A stretch of 64,000 bases of DNA from Tubulanus polymorphus. Lineage: Eukaryota; Animalia; Nemertea. The stretch covers positions 19,319,101 to 19,383,100 of the forward strand of contig NC_134025.1 of NCBI RefSeq assembly GCF_964204645.1. The letters are read 5' to 3'. The notes under the pieces were generated by a model. It ran no database searches and was not told the DNA's origin. It saw only the letters and a program-made list of their open reading frames with translations. Shown here piece by piece: positions 62,071 through 64,000 of this stretch. The position numbers were made by a program, and so were the translations under genes. Position 1 is the first letter of the stretch; each line of letters opens with the position of its first letter.

Positions 62071-62822
62071 ATATTCCGCAAAAACAAGTTTTAATGATAA
62101 TAAAACCTTTGTTGTGGGATGAAACTTTCTGTCTGAAATATTTACCCTATTACAATTTTGTATTCTCTACATGACACTCACTCACTGGCCAAGGGCGACA
62201 GGTATTCATTAGGCCATCCCAAAATAATTGTCCGTTTGCCATAACCCAAGCGACCCGACTTAAAAGGTACCAAGTGAAATCTGTTTTCTGGGATTCATTG
62301 AAATAAATATTATTTTTAGGCCAGCCGTAGGCTGAGCCAAACTATACAAATGGAGCGAATTTGAATGAAATGGTTTCCAGAGCTAAGGCTCTTTGACTGC
62401 AACTGAGCATATATTCATACAAATCATTCATTAGGGCATAATCCATTCTTCAACCCCTACAAAGCTGAATTTTGAAAGAGGGCTTCGTTAAAATTTATAT
62501 GAGCGTTTCGCGAAAATTTGATTGCAAAAATATCTGTTTTAAAAAGCCAATCAGAAAGCAAAGACTCCTCTATGATTGGCTTAGCCGCAGAGATCAGCAG
62601 GTGTTCACGTGAACCCGCGGTATCGTCTACTGTTTTACTTCCGGGTTTTATTTTAAGATCTAAAATTGTATTTCAATATCGATTTCCGTGAAATCTTTAG
62701 TTGATTTGGTTTTTGGGAGGAATATTTTTATTTGCACTACAGAAAATATCATTGACATTTGTGCAAAGTCTGGGAAAAAAAGCTTTTTCTCAAATCGGAT
62801 GGATGACCTTGATATGCTAATT

Positions 62823-64000
62823 CAGGGTTCGTAGCGATCCTGGAAAGTGCTTAATAGTGCTTGAATCACAAAATGCGTTTTCAAGGCCTTGAAAATGCTT
62901 GAATTTTCAAAATTTCAGTAAAAATCATTGGAAGTCCTTGAATTTTTAATGTTGTCCAAATTTTGTCGATTAGTTTGTTGTATTGACTTCAATACGCCCG
63001 CGCACTGCCAACCACGTGTGAGAGTGCTGTGACTCTGTACTGTCAGCCTGCTATAGACTCGTGTATATATACTTGTGTATATATACAGTACAAATGTATT
63101 AGGCACGTGGCTCACTACTGACAATGCGTATACAAATCTATTAGTAGACACGTGGCGGCACTACCGCTATCGCGCGCCGCGTATATACAAATGCCGTTGT
63201 GATGAAATAAACAAACAAAATACTTCTAAATAATTCTAAATAGATTATTGGTAGTAAATAATGACCTCAAATTAATATAAAGACCGTTCTTGATTTTGAC
63301 GATCTTTAGAGTATTAACTATCGAAAAGTGATTTTTTATGTCAGGGTATCCCAAGCTGATCATGATTAAGCGTTAAGCTCTTATCATTTAGACGTTTAAG
63401 CCGGTCATCGAAATTTGTTGGATTCAAAATTAGATAGGCCAGTGTTCCGCGCAAATCCTTTGTATTTGGTGTGATAATGTCGTATACTGTAAATATAATT
63501 CCTTTTGTGCGTGGCTTGGTTATTTCCATGGCCAGCTTATCCTAATCCTGTTGTCACCTGTCAGTTGTCACCTGATTTCACACTACTGAGTGTTAGTATT
63601 TCAATCCTGGTAGTTGTAGTCTAGGAGTTGGCCCTCCAAGTTGGACATTTTTGGTAGCTGTGTCTTGCAGTATTTGTATATTTAAACCAATGGATATTTC
63701 GGGCCATAAACTCGGTAAGCTGTGCTGATTTAATCATACATTGTATTTTTCTGCCTTTCTATGTATAGCGAACTTAATTCGAAATTATGGATTGCTATTT
63801 TTCAAGTCTGTTATTTGGTAGTGTAACTGCAGTGTAAATGTGCTTTAATTCATGGCATGCGAAGGATAATTGTATTCAGAACATTTTTTGTATTTTTTAT
63901 TGCAGTTAATCGTCGTTATTGTTGATAGTAAGGCGCATTAAAGATTTGGCAAATATATTCAATCGTTCGTCGTTGGTTGTCGTTACAGCCAGTATGGGAA
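62823..64000. mobile_element. Inverted copy of the 24395-25653 element, interrupted by a solo LTR and running off the window
   Basis: 62823-63442 is the near-identical reverse complement of ~25030-25653; homology resumes at 63988. Confidence 0.82.
63443..63987 (+). mobile_element. Solo LTR (BEL/Pao- or Gypsy-like), 545 bp
   Basis: TGTT...TACA termini, 5-bp TSD GCCAG, absent from the paralogous element copy; ATTAAA near the 3' end. Confidence 0.75.

Overview
AT-rich animal genomic DNA, probably from a marine invertebrate (inferred from intron-rich genes and the repeat content). It holds two divergently oriented, intron-split housekeeping genes. Syntaxin-5 (STX5) is on the minus strand with a complete CDS in 10 coding exons (27601->300, ~353 aa), and both the long (MSARRR...) and short (MSCRDRT...) starts are present. 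Cobalamin-dependent methionine synthase (MTR) is on the plus strand with 25 exons (34891->61404, ~1007 codons) and runs off the right edge. Most other sequence is transposon-derived and often nested. The 15.4-kb STX5 intron contains a Helentron-like element, which hosts a 10.5-kb hAT-type transposon with a 6-bp TSD. The intron-containing transposase of that hAT is interrupted by a mariner-type MITE, a satellite-carrying Helentron (HINE) copy and a near-intact 4.6-kb LINE. The LINE's ORF1 combines zinc knuckles with an SGNH esterase, and its ORF2 lacks an AUG start. Other elements include TIR elements with 5-, 6-, 7- and 9-bp TSDs, a solo LTR, a tRNA-derived SINE, and a composite repeat joining a tRNA-like head, an NRF1-type palindrome and telomere-like repeats. 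All calls are from manual reading; no database search was run.
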